Source: Myxococcota bacterium (GTDB lineage: Bacteria > Myxococcota_A > UBA9042 > PHBI01 > JAWLBL01). From it: a stretch of 64,000 bases of DNA. The DNA lies in assembly GCA_041687695.1 (NCBI GenBank), contig JAWLBL010000013.1:38275-102274 (forward strand), in the 5' to 3' direction. Made by a program: the position numbers and the translations under genes. Positions 16,010-25,910 of this stretch are shown here, piece after piece (position 1 is the first letter of the stretch; every line of letters starts with the position of its first letter). The notes under the pieces were generated by a model, which did no database searches, had not been told where the DNA came from, and saw only the letters and a list, made by a program, of their open reading frames with translations.

Positions 16010-17569
16010 ATGAAGCCGTCGACCACATACGCCGGGGCGAGCGCGCGCGCGTTCGCGTGGGACCCCAGCCGCGGGGGCCTGTGGGGCCTCGCCACCTTCG
16101 TCGTCCTGCTGGGCGCGTGCACGGGGCCCGGGGACGATCGCGCGCCGCCCAAGCTGCGCATCGACCCGCAGCTGCTGGCCATCGAGTGGCCGGAGGGGCC
16201 GCGGCGGGACGCGACCGAGGCCCTGGTGCGGCGCGAGACCAAGCGCTTCGCGCAGAGCCTTTTCACGGGCGAGCCGATGCCGACCGGGATGCCGCAGGCG
16301 CGCGACGGCCTGCCGGAGCTGGCGGCCACGCTCGAGGATGCGGCCAAGGTGGGCCTGGCCAAGCGCCGCGCCCAGCCGCCCGCCTGGGCGGACGGGGTCC
16401 CCGAGCCGCCGCGCGCCGTGGAGCACGATCTGCCCAAGCAGTGGCCGATCGTGGTGCGCCAGGGCGAGGGGCTGCATCTGCTCGCGAAGTGGGCCGGGAC
16501 GGACGCCAAGATCATCCTCGAGGACAACCGCGAGCGGCTGGGCAAGCGGCGCTGGCTCAAGACCGGCGATCGCCTGGACGTCACCATGAGCGCGAACCAG
16601 AAGTTCGCGTTCGACCGCGCGCGTGAGCAGTTCCAGAAGGACCGGCTCGACGGGTACTTCGCCTCGCGCTACGTCTCGGAGGTCGTCGTCTACCGGGTCA
16701 AGCGTGGCGAGCCGGTCTCGACCGCCGCCAAGCGGTTCGGCGAGGTGCCCATCTGGCTGCTGCAGGAGTTCAACCAGACCGACTTCCGGTCGCTGCAGCC
16801 CGGTGACGAGATCCTGATCCCGGTGGTCAAGAGCTGGAACCGCAAGGAGAAGCTGCCGCCGGCGCTGAAGGTCGTCGACGAGCAGCGCATGGCCCTGACG
16901 GACGAGCAGCACCGCGCGGTCGACGGACGCCTGCGGCACGACCTGCTGGGGCGCGCCCGGCTCGCCATCGACGACAGCAACGTCTTCGAGCGGGCCGAGG
17001 GCGGGCTCGTCGAGGACGGGCGCGGCGTCCTCCCCGACTACGGCGCGCTGGCGGTCACCGCCACCCCGACCCCGGCGCCCGGCCAGCTGGCGGCGCCCCC
17101 GACGGTGCTGGACGTGCGCGTCGACGAGGCCATCGCCCCGCGCGAGGTGCTCGTGATGCGCGGCGAGACGCTGAGCCACTACGCGAAGTGGGCGGGGCTG
17201 GGGCGCGACGCCATCGTGGCGGCCAACCCGGGGCTCGAGCCCGACCGGATCCTGGTGGGCACGCGCCTCAAGCTGCCGCTGACGGACACGGCCTACGCGA
17301 CCTTCGTGCGCGCGCGCGCCGAGCACCACCAGCCCAAGCAGAAGGCCGCTGCGCTCCCGGCCTCGGCCCGGCCGCTGCCGGCGGTCATCGGGAAGGGGGC
17401 CGCCAAGGCGGGCAAGTCGACCGCCCAGCGCGCGCACCTCGTGCGGGCGGGCGAGACGGCCTCCGGCATCGCCAAGAAGCGCGGGACGACCGTCACCGAG
17501 CTGGCTCGTCGCAATCCGGGCGTGGACCTGAACCGTCTGCAGATCGGTCAGTCGCTCCTGGTGCCCTGA
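16010..17569 (+). CDS. lipoprotein with four LysM peptidoglycan-binding repeats
   Basis: Lipobox: FVVLLGAC. LysM-like units: VVRQGEGLHLLAKWAG...GDRLDV; YRVKRGEPVSTAAKRFG...LQPGDEILIPV; LVMRGETLSHYAKWAG...LVGTRLKLPL; HLVRAGETASGIAKKRG...LQIGQSLLVP. Confidence 0.8.
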   Translation: MKPSTTYAGASARAFAWDPSRGGLWGLATFVVLLGACTGPGDDRAPPKLRIDPQLLAIEWPEGPRRDATEALVRRETKRFAQSLFTGEPMPTGMPQARDGLPELAATLEDAAKVGLAKRRAQPPAWADGVPEPPRAVEHDLPKQWPIVVRQGEGLHLLAKWAGTDAKIILEDNRERLGKRRWLKTGDRLDVTMSANQKFAFDRAREQFQKDRLDGYFASRYVSEVVVYRVKRGEPVSTAAKRFGEVPIWLLQEFNQTDFRSLQPGDEILIPVVKSWNRKEKLPPALKVVDEQRMALTDEQHRAVDGRLRHDLLGRARLAIDDSNVFERAEGGLVEDGRGVLPDYGALAVTATPTPAPGQLAAPPTVLDVRVDEAIAPREVLVMRGETLSHYAKWAGLGRDAIVAANPGLEPDRILVGTRLKLPLTDTAYATFVRARAEHHQPKQKAAALPASARPLPAVIGKGAAKAGKSTAQRAHLVRAGETASGIAKKRGTTVTELARRNPGVDLNRLQIGQSLLVP

Positions 17570-17655
17570 GGCCCGCGCCGGGCGGCCGCCGGGGAGCCCG
17601 CGGCGACGGCCGCGCCACCACTTGTAAGTTGCCGATTCCACAGGGAAATCGGTCC

Positions 17656-17684
17656 TTTACAGGGCCGGTCGCGCGTGGTATCTA
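17656..17684 (+). promoter_or_regulatory. putative gyrB promoter
   Basis: TTTACA-N17-TATCTA, about 180 nt upstream of the gyrB ATG, in the 294-nt intergenic region. Confidence 0.35.
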
Positions 17685-17845
17685 GGCGCATCCCAAGGAC
17701 CCGCACGAGGCACGTCTTCGTGGGCGGGGCCTGACGCAGGTGCCCACCACCGGTGGCGGTGGCGGGTGGCGCGCGCGACGGTCTCGCCTCGGGACGGCTC
17801 GGACATGGGCGCGGCCCCCTCGCGAGGGCGTCGGGCGCGCCCTGA

Positions 17846-20308
<2,463 letters not shown>

Positions 20309-20334
20309 TCGAGGGCGCGCGGACGGGAGGGACG

Positions 20335-21039
20335 ATGGACCCGGAACGCGCCGCGTACCTGGCCGCCGTGGAGTCGCGCTTCCTGACGCATCGGGGGCGC
20401 GGCTTCCTGTTGTCGCCGCGCGACGTGGCGCTGGTGGACGGGTGGCGCACCCGCGGCGTGCCCGTGAAGGTGGTCCTGCAGGCGCTGGACGAGGGGATGG
20501 CCCGCTTTCGGCAGGGACACCCGGACGGCGCGCCCGTCCCGGGGACGCTGGCGTACTTCGCCGGGCACGTCGAGGAGGCGGTGCGGTCGCGGCGCGAGCG
20601 GCTCCTGGGTCTGATGGAGGCGGGCGGCGACGCAGGCGTGGCCGCCTCGGCGGCGGGCGACTCGGGGGGCGGCCTCGCGGCGGCCATCGAGGCGCTGGTC
20701 GAGGCGGGGCGCCGGCAGGAGCGAGAGGCGGCGCGGGAGGTGCTGCGCGGCGCGTGGCGGCGCCTCAAGCAGGCGAGCGGCGGCGAGGGCGACGCGGCGG
20801 ACGTGTGGTCCTTGACGGCCGCGGTCGACCGGGCCATCGTCGACGGGCTGTGGTCGTCGCTGACCGGCGAGGAGCGCGCCGCGCTCGAGGCCGCGGCGGA
20901 GGCTTCGGTGGCGGCGAGCGGCGGGGCGACGATGAGCGTGGTGGCGCGCCGCGACCGCCTGCGCTTCGAACTCGACGCGGCGGTGCGACGGCGGTTCGGC
21001 GTGCCGGAGCTCGTGGAGGTGCTGCTTGGCGGCGTGTGA
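20335..21039 (+). CDS. hypothetical protein with a DnaD/DnaB_2-like N-terminal helical domain
   Basis: The ATG at 20335 lies 26 nt after the gyrB stop and follows GGGAGGGA. The N-terminus RFLTHRGRGFLLSPRDVALVDGWRTRGVPVKVVLQALDEGM...LAYFAGHVEEAV resembles the DnaD-domain pattern (FGR.LSP.E...L..W...G.....I..AL.EA). The remainder is Ala/Gly/Glu-rich. Confidence 0.6.
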   Translation: MDPERAAYLAAVESRFLTHRGRGFLLSPRDVALVDGWRTRGVPVKVVLQALDEGMARFRQGHPDGAPVPGTLAYFAGHVEEAVRSRRERLLGLMEAGGDAGVAASAAGDSGGGLAAAIEALVEAGRRQEREAAREVLRGAWRRLKQASGGEGDAADVWSLTAAVDRAIVDGLWSSLTGEERAALEAAAEASVAASGGATMSVVARRDRLRFELDAAVRRRFGVPELVEVLLGGV

Positions 21040-21880
21040 TTGCCATGACCTCGGGTACGTGCTGCGACGCGAGGGCGAGCTGGCCCGCGCGGCCGTGTGC
21101 CCCTGCCGTGACCGGTGCTCGCTGTGCGGCGGCGAACGGTTCGTGCTGGCCATGGAGGACGGCTACGAGGTCGCCAAGCCCTGCAGCTGCGTCGCCATCC
21201 ATCAGCGCGTCCGGCTGTACAACGAGGCGGGCATCCCGGCGGGCTACGTCCACAAGGTCATCACGGGGCTGGCGCCGCACGCTTATGTGGCCAGCAACGA
21301 CAGCCAGAACCGCATCAAGCTGAAGTTCACGCGGTTCCAGACGGCCCTGGACGTCGAGAAGTCGCGCGGCGTGCTCCTGGTCGGGCCGCCCGGGACCGGA
21401 AAGACCCACCTCGTCTGCGCGCTGCTCAACTACCTGACCCTGCAGCGGGGCATCGCCTGCCGCTACATCGACTTCTTCCACCTGACGACGCGCATCCGCG
21501 AGACCTACCAGGACGACGCCCGCGAGACCGAGGAGGACATCCTGAGGCCGCTGGTCGACGTGCCGGTCCTGGCCATCGACGAGCTGGGCAAGGGACGCGG
21601 CAGCACCTTCGAGCTGCACCTGGTCGACCAGCTCATCAGCCGCCGCTACAACGCGGGGCGCATCATCCTGGCGACCAGCAACTACGCGCCCGAGGCGTGG
21701 ATGGCGCCCACCTCACCCAGCGGCGGGCGCGGTAAGGGCGGCCACAAGGCCGAGCGCCTGACCGACAGCCTCGAGGAGCGGGTGGGCGTGCGGATCTTCA
21801 GCCGTCTGTCCGAGATGTGTGAGCTCGAGGCGGTCAACGGTCAGGACTACCGGCCGACGGCGGGCGCGCGCGAGCGGTGA
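21026..21880 (+). CDS. DnaC/DnaI/IstB-family AAA+ ATPase with an N-terminal Cys-cluster (zinc) module
   Basis: The TTG at 21026 lies 6 nt after GGAGG and overlaps the upstream ORF by 14 nt. N-terminal cluster: CDCH...CPCRDRCSLCGG...CSC. Walker A: LLVGPPGTGKTHL. Walker B: PVLAIDELG. Sensor-1: IILATSN. Confidence 0.8.
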   Translation: MAACDCHDLGYVLRREGELARAAVCPCRDRCSLCGGERFVLAMEDGYEVAKPCSCVAIHQRVRLYNEAGIPAGYVHKVITGLAPHAYVASNDSQNRIKLKFTRFQTALDVEKSRGVLLVGPPGTGKTHLVCALLNYLTLQRGIACRYIDFFHLTTRIRETYQDDARETEEDILRPLVDVPVLAIDELGKGRGSTFELHLVDQLISRRYNAGRIILATSNYAPEAWMAPTSPSGGRGKGGHKAERLTDSLEERVGVRIFSRLSEMCELEAVNGQDYRPTAGARER

Positions 21881-21913
21881 CCCGCTGACCGCGAGCCTGG
21901 CTCGGGGACGCGG

Positions 21914-23404
21914 CTACTTGTAGATGGCCATCAGCCAGATGAAGGCGACGGCGTTGAGCACGAGCAGCGCCGCGCCGAGCCCCATGAGGACCAGCCCGCG
22001 GGTGCGCGAGAGCCGCTCGAGGTCCACGTCGGGCGCGGCGAGCGCCCCGTCGGCGCCGGCGGCGGCGAGGGCCTCGAGCTCTTCCTCCTCGGCGAAGGCG
22101 CGCATCCGGGCGCGGGTCTCGCGGACGTTGCGAGCGACGCCGTCCGCCAAGAAGAGCAGCATCACCAGGAAGACTCCGCCCATGAGGCCCAGCACGCGGG
22201 CCTTCTGGCCCGTCTGCGCCCCGGCCATGTCCGCCAGCGCGCGCTCGCGCGTCGAGGCGAGGACCCGAGGCGACTGCGGCGGCTCTCGCAGCATCGCCAG
22301 CCAATAGCCGGCGGCGATGTCGAGGTCGGTGCCGTCGGGCGCGACGGCGCTGGTGGGGTGCACGCGGGCCGAGCGCAGGGCGCGCTGTGTCAGCGCCTCG
22401 AGCGGCGGCGCTTCGTCGACCACGATCGGGGTCGTGGCAAAGGTCTCGCCGGGATCGAGCGGGTGGTCGTAACACTGCAGGCGATAGGTCCCGCGCGGCA
22501 GCGGCGCCAGCGAGAGCCGCTCGTCGTGGCCGCCGACGCGGACGCGCTCGCTCCAGACGAGCACCTGCTGGTCGAGGAGATCGCAGATGACCGTCGGGTC
22601 CCGCTCCCAGGTCTTCAGCGTGACCGTGATGGCCTCGCCCGGGCGCGCGACCGGCGGGTCGGGACGCAGCAGCAGCTGGCGGCCGTAGCTGTAGAGCAGC
22701 TCTTCGAGCTGGACGGTGGCCTCGCCCGCCGTGGCGGTGATCTTCAGGCGCAGGCTGGGCTGGTCGGCGACGACCGACACGCGCGCGAGGCCGCTCGCGT
22801 CCGTGCGCCGGGTCACGGCGCCGTCGGGGAGGGTCGGATGGGCGACGCGCACGGTGGCGTTGACCTGTGGCGTGCCGTCGGGCCGGCGGACGCGCACGAA
22901 GACGTCGTTGTCCATCCCGGCGGCGAGCACGCCGGCCTCCGGCAGCACGTCGATGCGCAGCGGCCGCTCGGTGGGCGGCAGGGCCTCGGGCGGGGCGCCG
23001 GGGAGGCCCTCCTGCGACTGGGCCCGCAGGACCACGATCTCGGCCTCGAGCCGGTCGCGCTGGCCGTCGTCCAAGACCTCGAGGGCGAGCCTGGCGGTGC
23101 GGTCGAGCCCCTCGGGGACGTCGAAGTGAACGATGGCGGGCGACTCGCCGCGGATCCGCGCCTCGACCGGGCGACCGTCCAGGGTCACGGACGCGACGCG
23201 GGCCGGGCGGGGTTCGCGGCCCTGGGCGGTGCGGGCGCTGACGCGGACGGCGGCCGGGAGACCGCTGCGGACCTGCTCGCCGCCGACCAGCAGCCAGGTC
23301 GTGACGTCGGGCTGGCGCTCGAGGCCGAAGTAGACCGCGCCGAGCACCAGCATGGCCGCGACGAACGAGCCGTAGACGGCGATCCGGAACCCGCGGCGGT
23401 CCAC
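21914..23404 (-). CDS. membrane protein with an N-terminal TM, a periplasmic beta-sandwich-like region of about 370 aa and two C-terminal TMs (hypothetical)
   Basis: 496 aa with a GTG start. TM segments: IAVYGSFVAAMLVLGAVYF; [20 protein letters not shown]; LVLMGLGAALLVLNAVAFIWLMAIY. The central region has repeated strand patterns (TVRVAHP..., LRLKITATAGEATV..., ITVTLKTW...). Confidence 0.7.
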   Translation of the reverse strand: MDRRGFRIAVYGSFVAAMLVLGAVYFGLERQPDVTTWLLVGGEQVRSGLPAAVRVSARTAQGREPRPARVASVTLDGRPVEARIRGESPAIVHFDVPEGLDRTARLALEVLDDGQRDRLEAEIVVLRAQSQEGLPGAPPEALPPTERPLRIDVLPEAGVLAAGMDNDVFVRVRRPDGTPQVNATVRVAHPTLPDGAVTRRTDASGLARVSVVADQPSLRLKITATAGEATVQLEELLYSYGRQLLLRPDPPVARPGEAITVTLKTWERDPTVICDLLDQQVLVWSERVRVGGHDERLSLAPLPRGTYRLQCYDHPLDPGETFATTPIVVDEAPPLEALTQRALRSARVHPTSAVAPDGTDLDIAAGYWLAMLREPPQSPRVLASTRERALADMAGAQTGQKARVLGLMGGVFLVMLLFLADGVARNVRETRARMRAFAEEEELEALAAAGADGALAAPDVDLERLSRTRGLVLMGLGAALLVLNAVAFIWLMAIYK

Positions 23405-23454
23405 GAGGCGGACCCAGGCCCCCCGCCGCGGCGTCGAGCGAGGGGAGGGCGCGG

Positions 23455-24870
23455 CTACGACCGCTTCTCCGTGATGCCGATGACCGGCGTCGCCTGGAGG
23501 TCCTCGAGCAGCTGCTTGACGGACTTGTCGAAGTCCTCGCGATGCTCGGCGGCGATGGGGTCGGCCTCGGCCGCGTGCAGGCGCAGCGGGTTCACGAGCC
23601 GTCCCTTGTGGCGCAGGCTGAAGAGCAGCTGGGGCTCGTCGGCCTTGCCGCTCTGGCCGATGGTGCCGATCTCGGTCTTCTGGTGGATGTGGGCGCCCAC
23701 CTTGATGCCGCGGCCCAGCTTGCCCAGGTGGCCGTAGGTGCTGGTGTAGCCGTTGTCGTGCTTGATGGTGACGGTGGTTCCGAGCGTGCCGCTGTCACCC
23801 ACGAAGGCGACCGTGCCGCCGGCGACCGCCCAGACGGGCGTGCCGGCCTTGGCGGTATAGACGACCGGCGAGGCCTTCTTGAGGTTCGCGCGGATGCCGC
23901 TGGTCGCGCCGGCGCTGACGCGCGTGTACTTGAGCGGGCTCTTGAGGAAGTCCTTGCGGGCCGCGCGACCGTCGGCCGTGTAGTAGCCTTCGTTGCCGTC
24001 GGGGTCGCGGTAGTGGACCAGGCGGTGGCGGCCGAACTTGCCGTTGTACTCGGCGCCCAGGACGCGGCCGTACTTGAGGAACTTACCGTCGACGGAGATC
24101 TTCTCGACGATGACCCGCAGCTCGTCGCCGGTGCGGACGTCCTGGAAGAAGTCGACGTCCCAGGCGAACAGATCGATGAAGATGCTGGCGAGCTGGCTGC
24201 CCTCGCCGCAGCGGGTCAGCGACTCGTACAGGCTGGACTTGATGGCGCAGCCGATGCGAGCCAACTCGACGCGGGTCGGCACGGCCTTCTTGCGCGCCTC
24301 GTAGGAGCCCGTCGAGGCGAGGGCGACCTCGTAGACGTCCAGCGGCGACTGGACGTAGGTGAACTTGCGGACCTGGCCCTCGTCGTCGACCCAGGCCTCG
24401 AAGGTGTTGCCGACCTGCGCGCTGCGGAAGTCGAAGACCTCCTCCATGGCGCGGACGAGCGGCAGGGCCGTCCGGCTGTCGATGCCCTCTTGCTGCAAGG
24501 CCTTGAGGACCGTCTGGCCCCTCTTCAGCTTGCCCGCGACCTTGCGTCCGACCGGCTCGCCGAAGTCGTCGCGCTCCTCGGGGGTGCCGCGCAGCTCGGG
24601 CGCCGCGCCCGGGGCCGCCGGGGCGTCGAGGCCGGGCGCGCCGGGGGCGGGCACCTGGACGGGGCCTGGGCCGACCGCGTTGCTGGGCGCCTGGATGCGC
24701 TCCTCGAGGGTCGGCGGGGCTACGTCACCGGAATCATGGAAAAAGAGGAAATAATTGACCGTGCACAGGGCCAGCACGACAATCGCTGCGCTCCCCTTGG
24801 ACGGGCCCGGCCCGCGGCGGCGGCCGCGGCGGTTTCCGTTTCGGACGAGCATAGGCTTGTCGAGGTACAT
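23455..24870 (-). CDS. membrane-anchored LytM/M23-domain protein with a degenerate active site
   Basis: M23 fold pattern: GTPVWAVAGGTVAFVGDSGTLGTTVTIKHDNGYTSTYGHLGKL...GAHIHQKTEIGTIGQSGKADEPQLLFSLRHKGRLVNPL. The HxxxD motif is absent and the HLHFE motif reads QLLFSL. An N-terminal TM segment is present (AAIVVLALCTVNYFLFF). Confidence 0.8.
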   Translation of the reverse strand: MYLDKPMLVRNGNRRGRRRGPGPSKGSAAIVVLALCTVNYFLFFHDSGDVAPPTLEERIQAPSNAVGPGPVQVPAPGAPGLDAPAAPGAAPELRGTPEERDDFGEPVGRKVAGKLKRGQTVLKALQQEGIDSRTALPLVRAMEEVFDFRSAQVGNTFEAWVDDEGQVRKFTYVQSPLDVYEVALASTGSYEARKKAVPTRVELARIGCAIKSSLYESLTRCGEGSQLASIFIDLFAWDVDFFQDVRTGDELRVIVEKISVDGKFLKYGRVLGAEYNGKFGRHRLVHYRDPDGNEGYYTADGRAARKDFLKSPLKYTRVSAGATSGIRANLKKASPVVYTAKAGTPVWAVAGGTVAFVGDSGTLGTTVTIKHDNGYTSTYGHLGKLGRGIKVGAHIHQKTEIGTIGQSGKADEPQLLFSLRHKGRLVNPLRLHAAEADPIAAEHREDFDKSVKQLLEDLQATPVIGITEKRS

Positions 24871-24964
24871 CGGCTGACTTCCCGATCTCCGTCTGGTGTC
24901 TCGACGCCCGCTGGGGCCGGATGGCTCCGGTCCGAGGGGGCGGCCGCGCTGAGGCGTGAGGTGG

Positions 24965-24994
24965 CGAGTAGCATGCGGGTTTTGAGGGTGTCAA
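24965..24994 (-). promoter_or_regulatory. putative promoter of the M23-domain gene
   Basis: The minus strand reads TTGACA-N18-TACTCG, about 95 nt upstream of the ATG at 24870. Confidence 0.3.
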
Positions 24995-25010
24995 CCCGTA
25001 GCTGAGCGCC

Positions 25011-25910
25011 TCAGGCGGCGGGACTGTCACCACGACTGAGCCGGATCGCAAGCTCTAGAGCGCGGATCATGCTGGTCGGGTCGGCCACGCCGCGCCCGGC
25101 GATGTCCCAGGCCGGGCCGTGGTCGGGGCTGGTCCGGGGGCGCGGCAGGCCGAGAGTGACGTTCACGCCGTCGGCGAAGTGCAGGAGTTTGAACGGGATC
25201 AGCGCCTGGTCGTGGTAGCCGCAGACCACCGCGTCGAAGGCCCCCTCGTGGACGGCCTTGTGGAACACGGTGTCGGGTGACCAAGGGCCCGAGGCGTCAA
25301 TATCAGCCTCTTGCAGTGCGGAAACCGCTGGTTTCATCAGGCGTTCTTCCTCGTCGCCGAAGAGCCCGCCGTCGCCCGCGTGCGGGTTGAGCCCCGCGAA
25401 GGCCAGGCGAGGCCGGGCGATTCCGAAGCCGCGACGCAGGGATCGGTCGACGAGCCGGCCGATCCGGACGAGCTCGTCCACCGTGAGCAGCGCTGCGACG
25501 TCGCGCAGGGCGACGTGGGTCGTCACCGGGACGACGCGCAGGCGCGGCCCCGCCAGCATCATCGCGAAGTCGTGGGTGTTGAGCCGCTGGGCGTACAACT
25601 CGGTGTGCCCGGGGAACTCGCCGCCGAAGGTCGCCTTGCCCACGGGCCCCGTGACCACGGCGTCGATGGCGCCGGTGGCGAGGTCGGCGGCGGAGCGCTC
25701 GATGGCCTCGCGGGCCGCGCCCGGGCCGTCGGTGGGGACGAACTCGGCCGGGCAGCCCTCGAACAGCCCGGGGTCTCCGTAGATGACGAATTGGACGCGG
25801 GGTTCGGCGGGGCCGACCCGCGCGATGGCGGCCCGGAGGATCTCGGGTCCGATGCCCGTGGGATCCCCCATCGTCAGGCCTACGCGCCGCGGCGCCGATC
25901 CGTCACTCAC
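25011..25910 (-). CDS. pdxA: 4-hydroxythreonine-4-phosphate dehydrogenase
   Basis: GLTMGDPTGIGPEIL...FPGHTELYAQRL...LAFAGLNPHAGDGGLFGDEE...VCGYHDQALIPFKLLHF..GVNVTLGLPRPRTSPDHGPAWDIAGRG. The GTG at 25910 overlaps the surA stop (GTGA), and an ATG at 25871 is an alternative start. The longer track ORF reads the surA repeat in another frame. Confidence 0.85.
   Translation of the reverse strand: MSDGSAPRRVGLTMGDPTGIGPEILRAAIARVGPAEPRVQFVIYGDPGLFEGCPAEFVPTDGPGAAREAIERSAADLATGAIDAVVTGPVGKATFGGEFPGHTELYAQRLNTHDFAMMLAGPRLRVVPVTTHVALRDVAALLTVDELVRIGRLVDRSLRRGFGIARPRLAFAGLNPHAGDGGLFGDEEERLMKPAVSALQEADIDASGPWSPDTVFHKAVHEGAFDAVVCGYHDQALIPFKLLHFADGVNVTLGLPRPRTSPDHGPAWDIAGRGVADPTSMIRALELAIRLSRGDSPAA

Noticed and set aside
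17625-17650. DnaA box or oriC signature upstream of gyrB (gattccaca)
   Set aside because: It has three mismatches to TTATCCACA. It is a single copy with no AT-rich unwinding element, and dnaA and dnaN are not in the window.
20335-21880. IS21-type mobile element, because the AAA+ protein is IstB/DnaC-like
   Set aside because: The upstream ORF has no DDE transposase or HTH features. I saw no terminal inverted repeats. Codon usage is native, and the pair is packed against gyrB.
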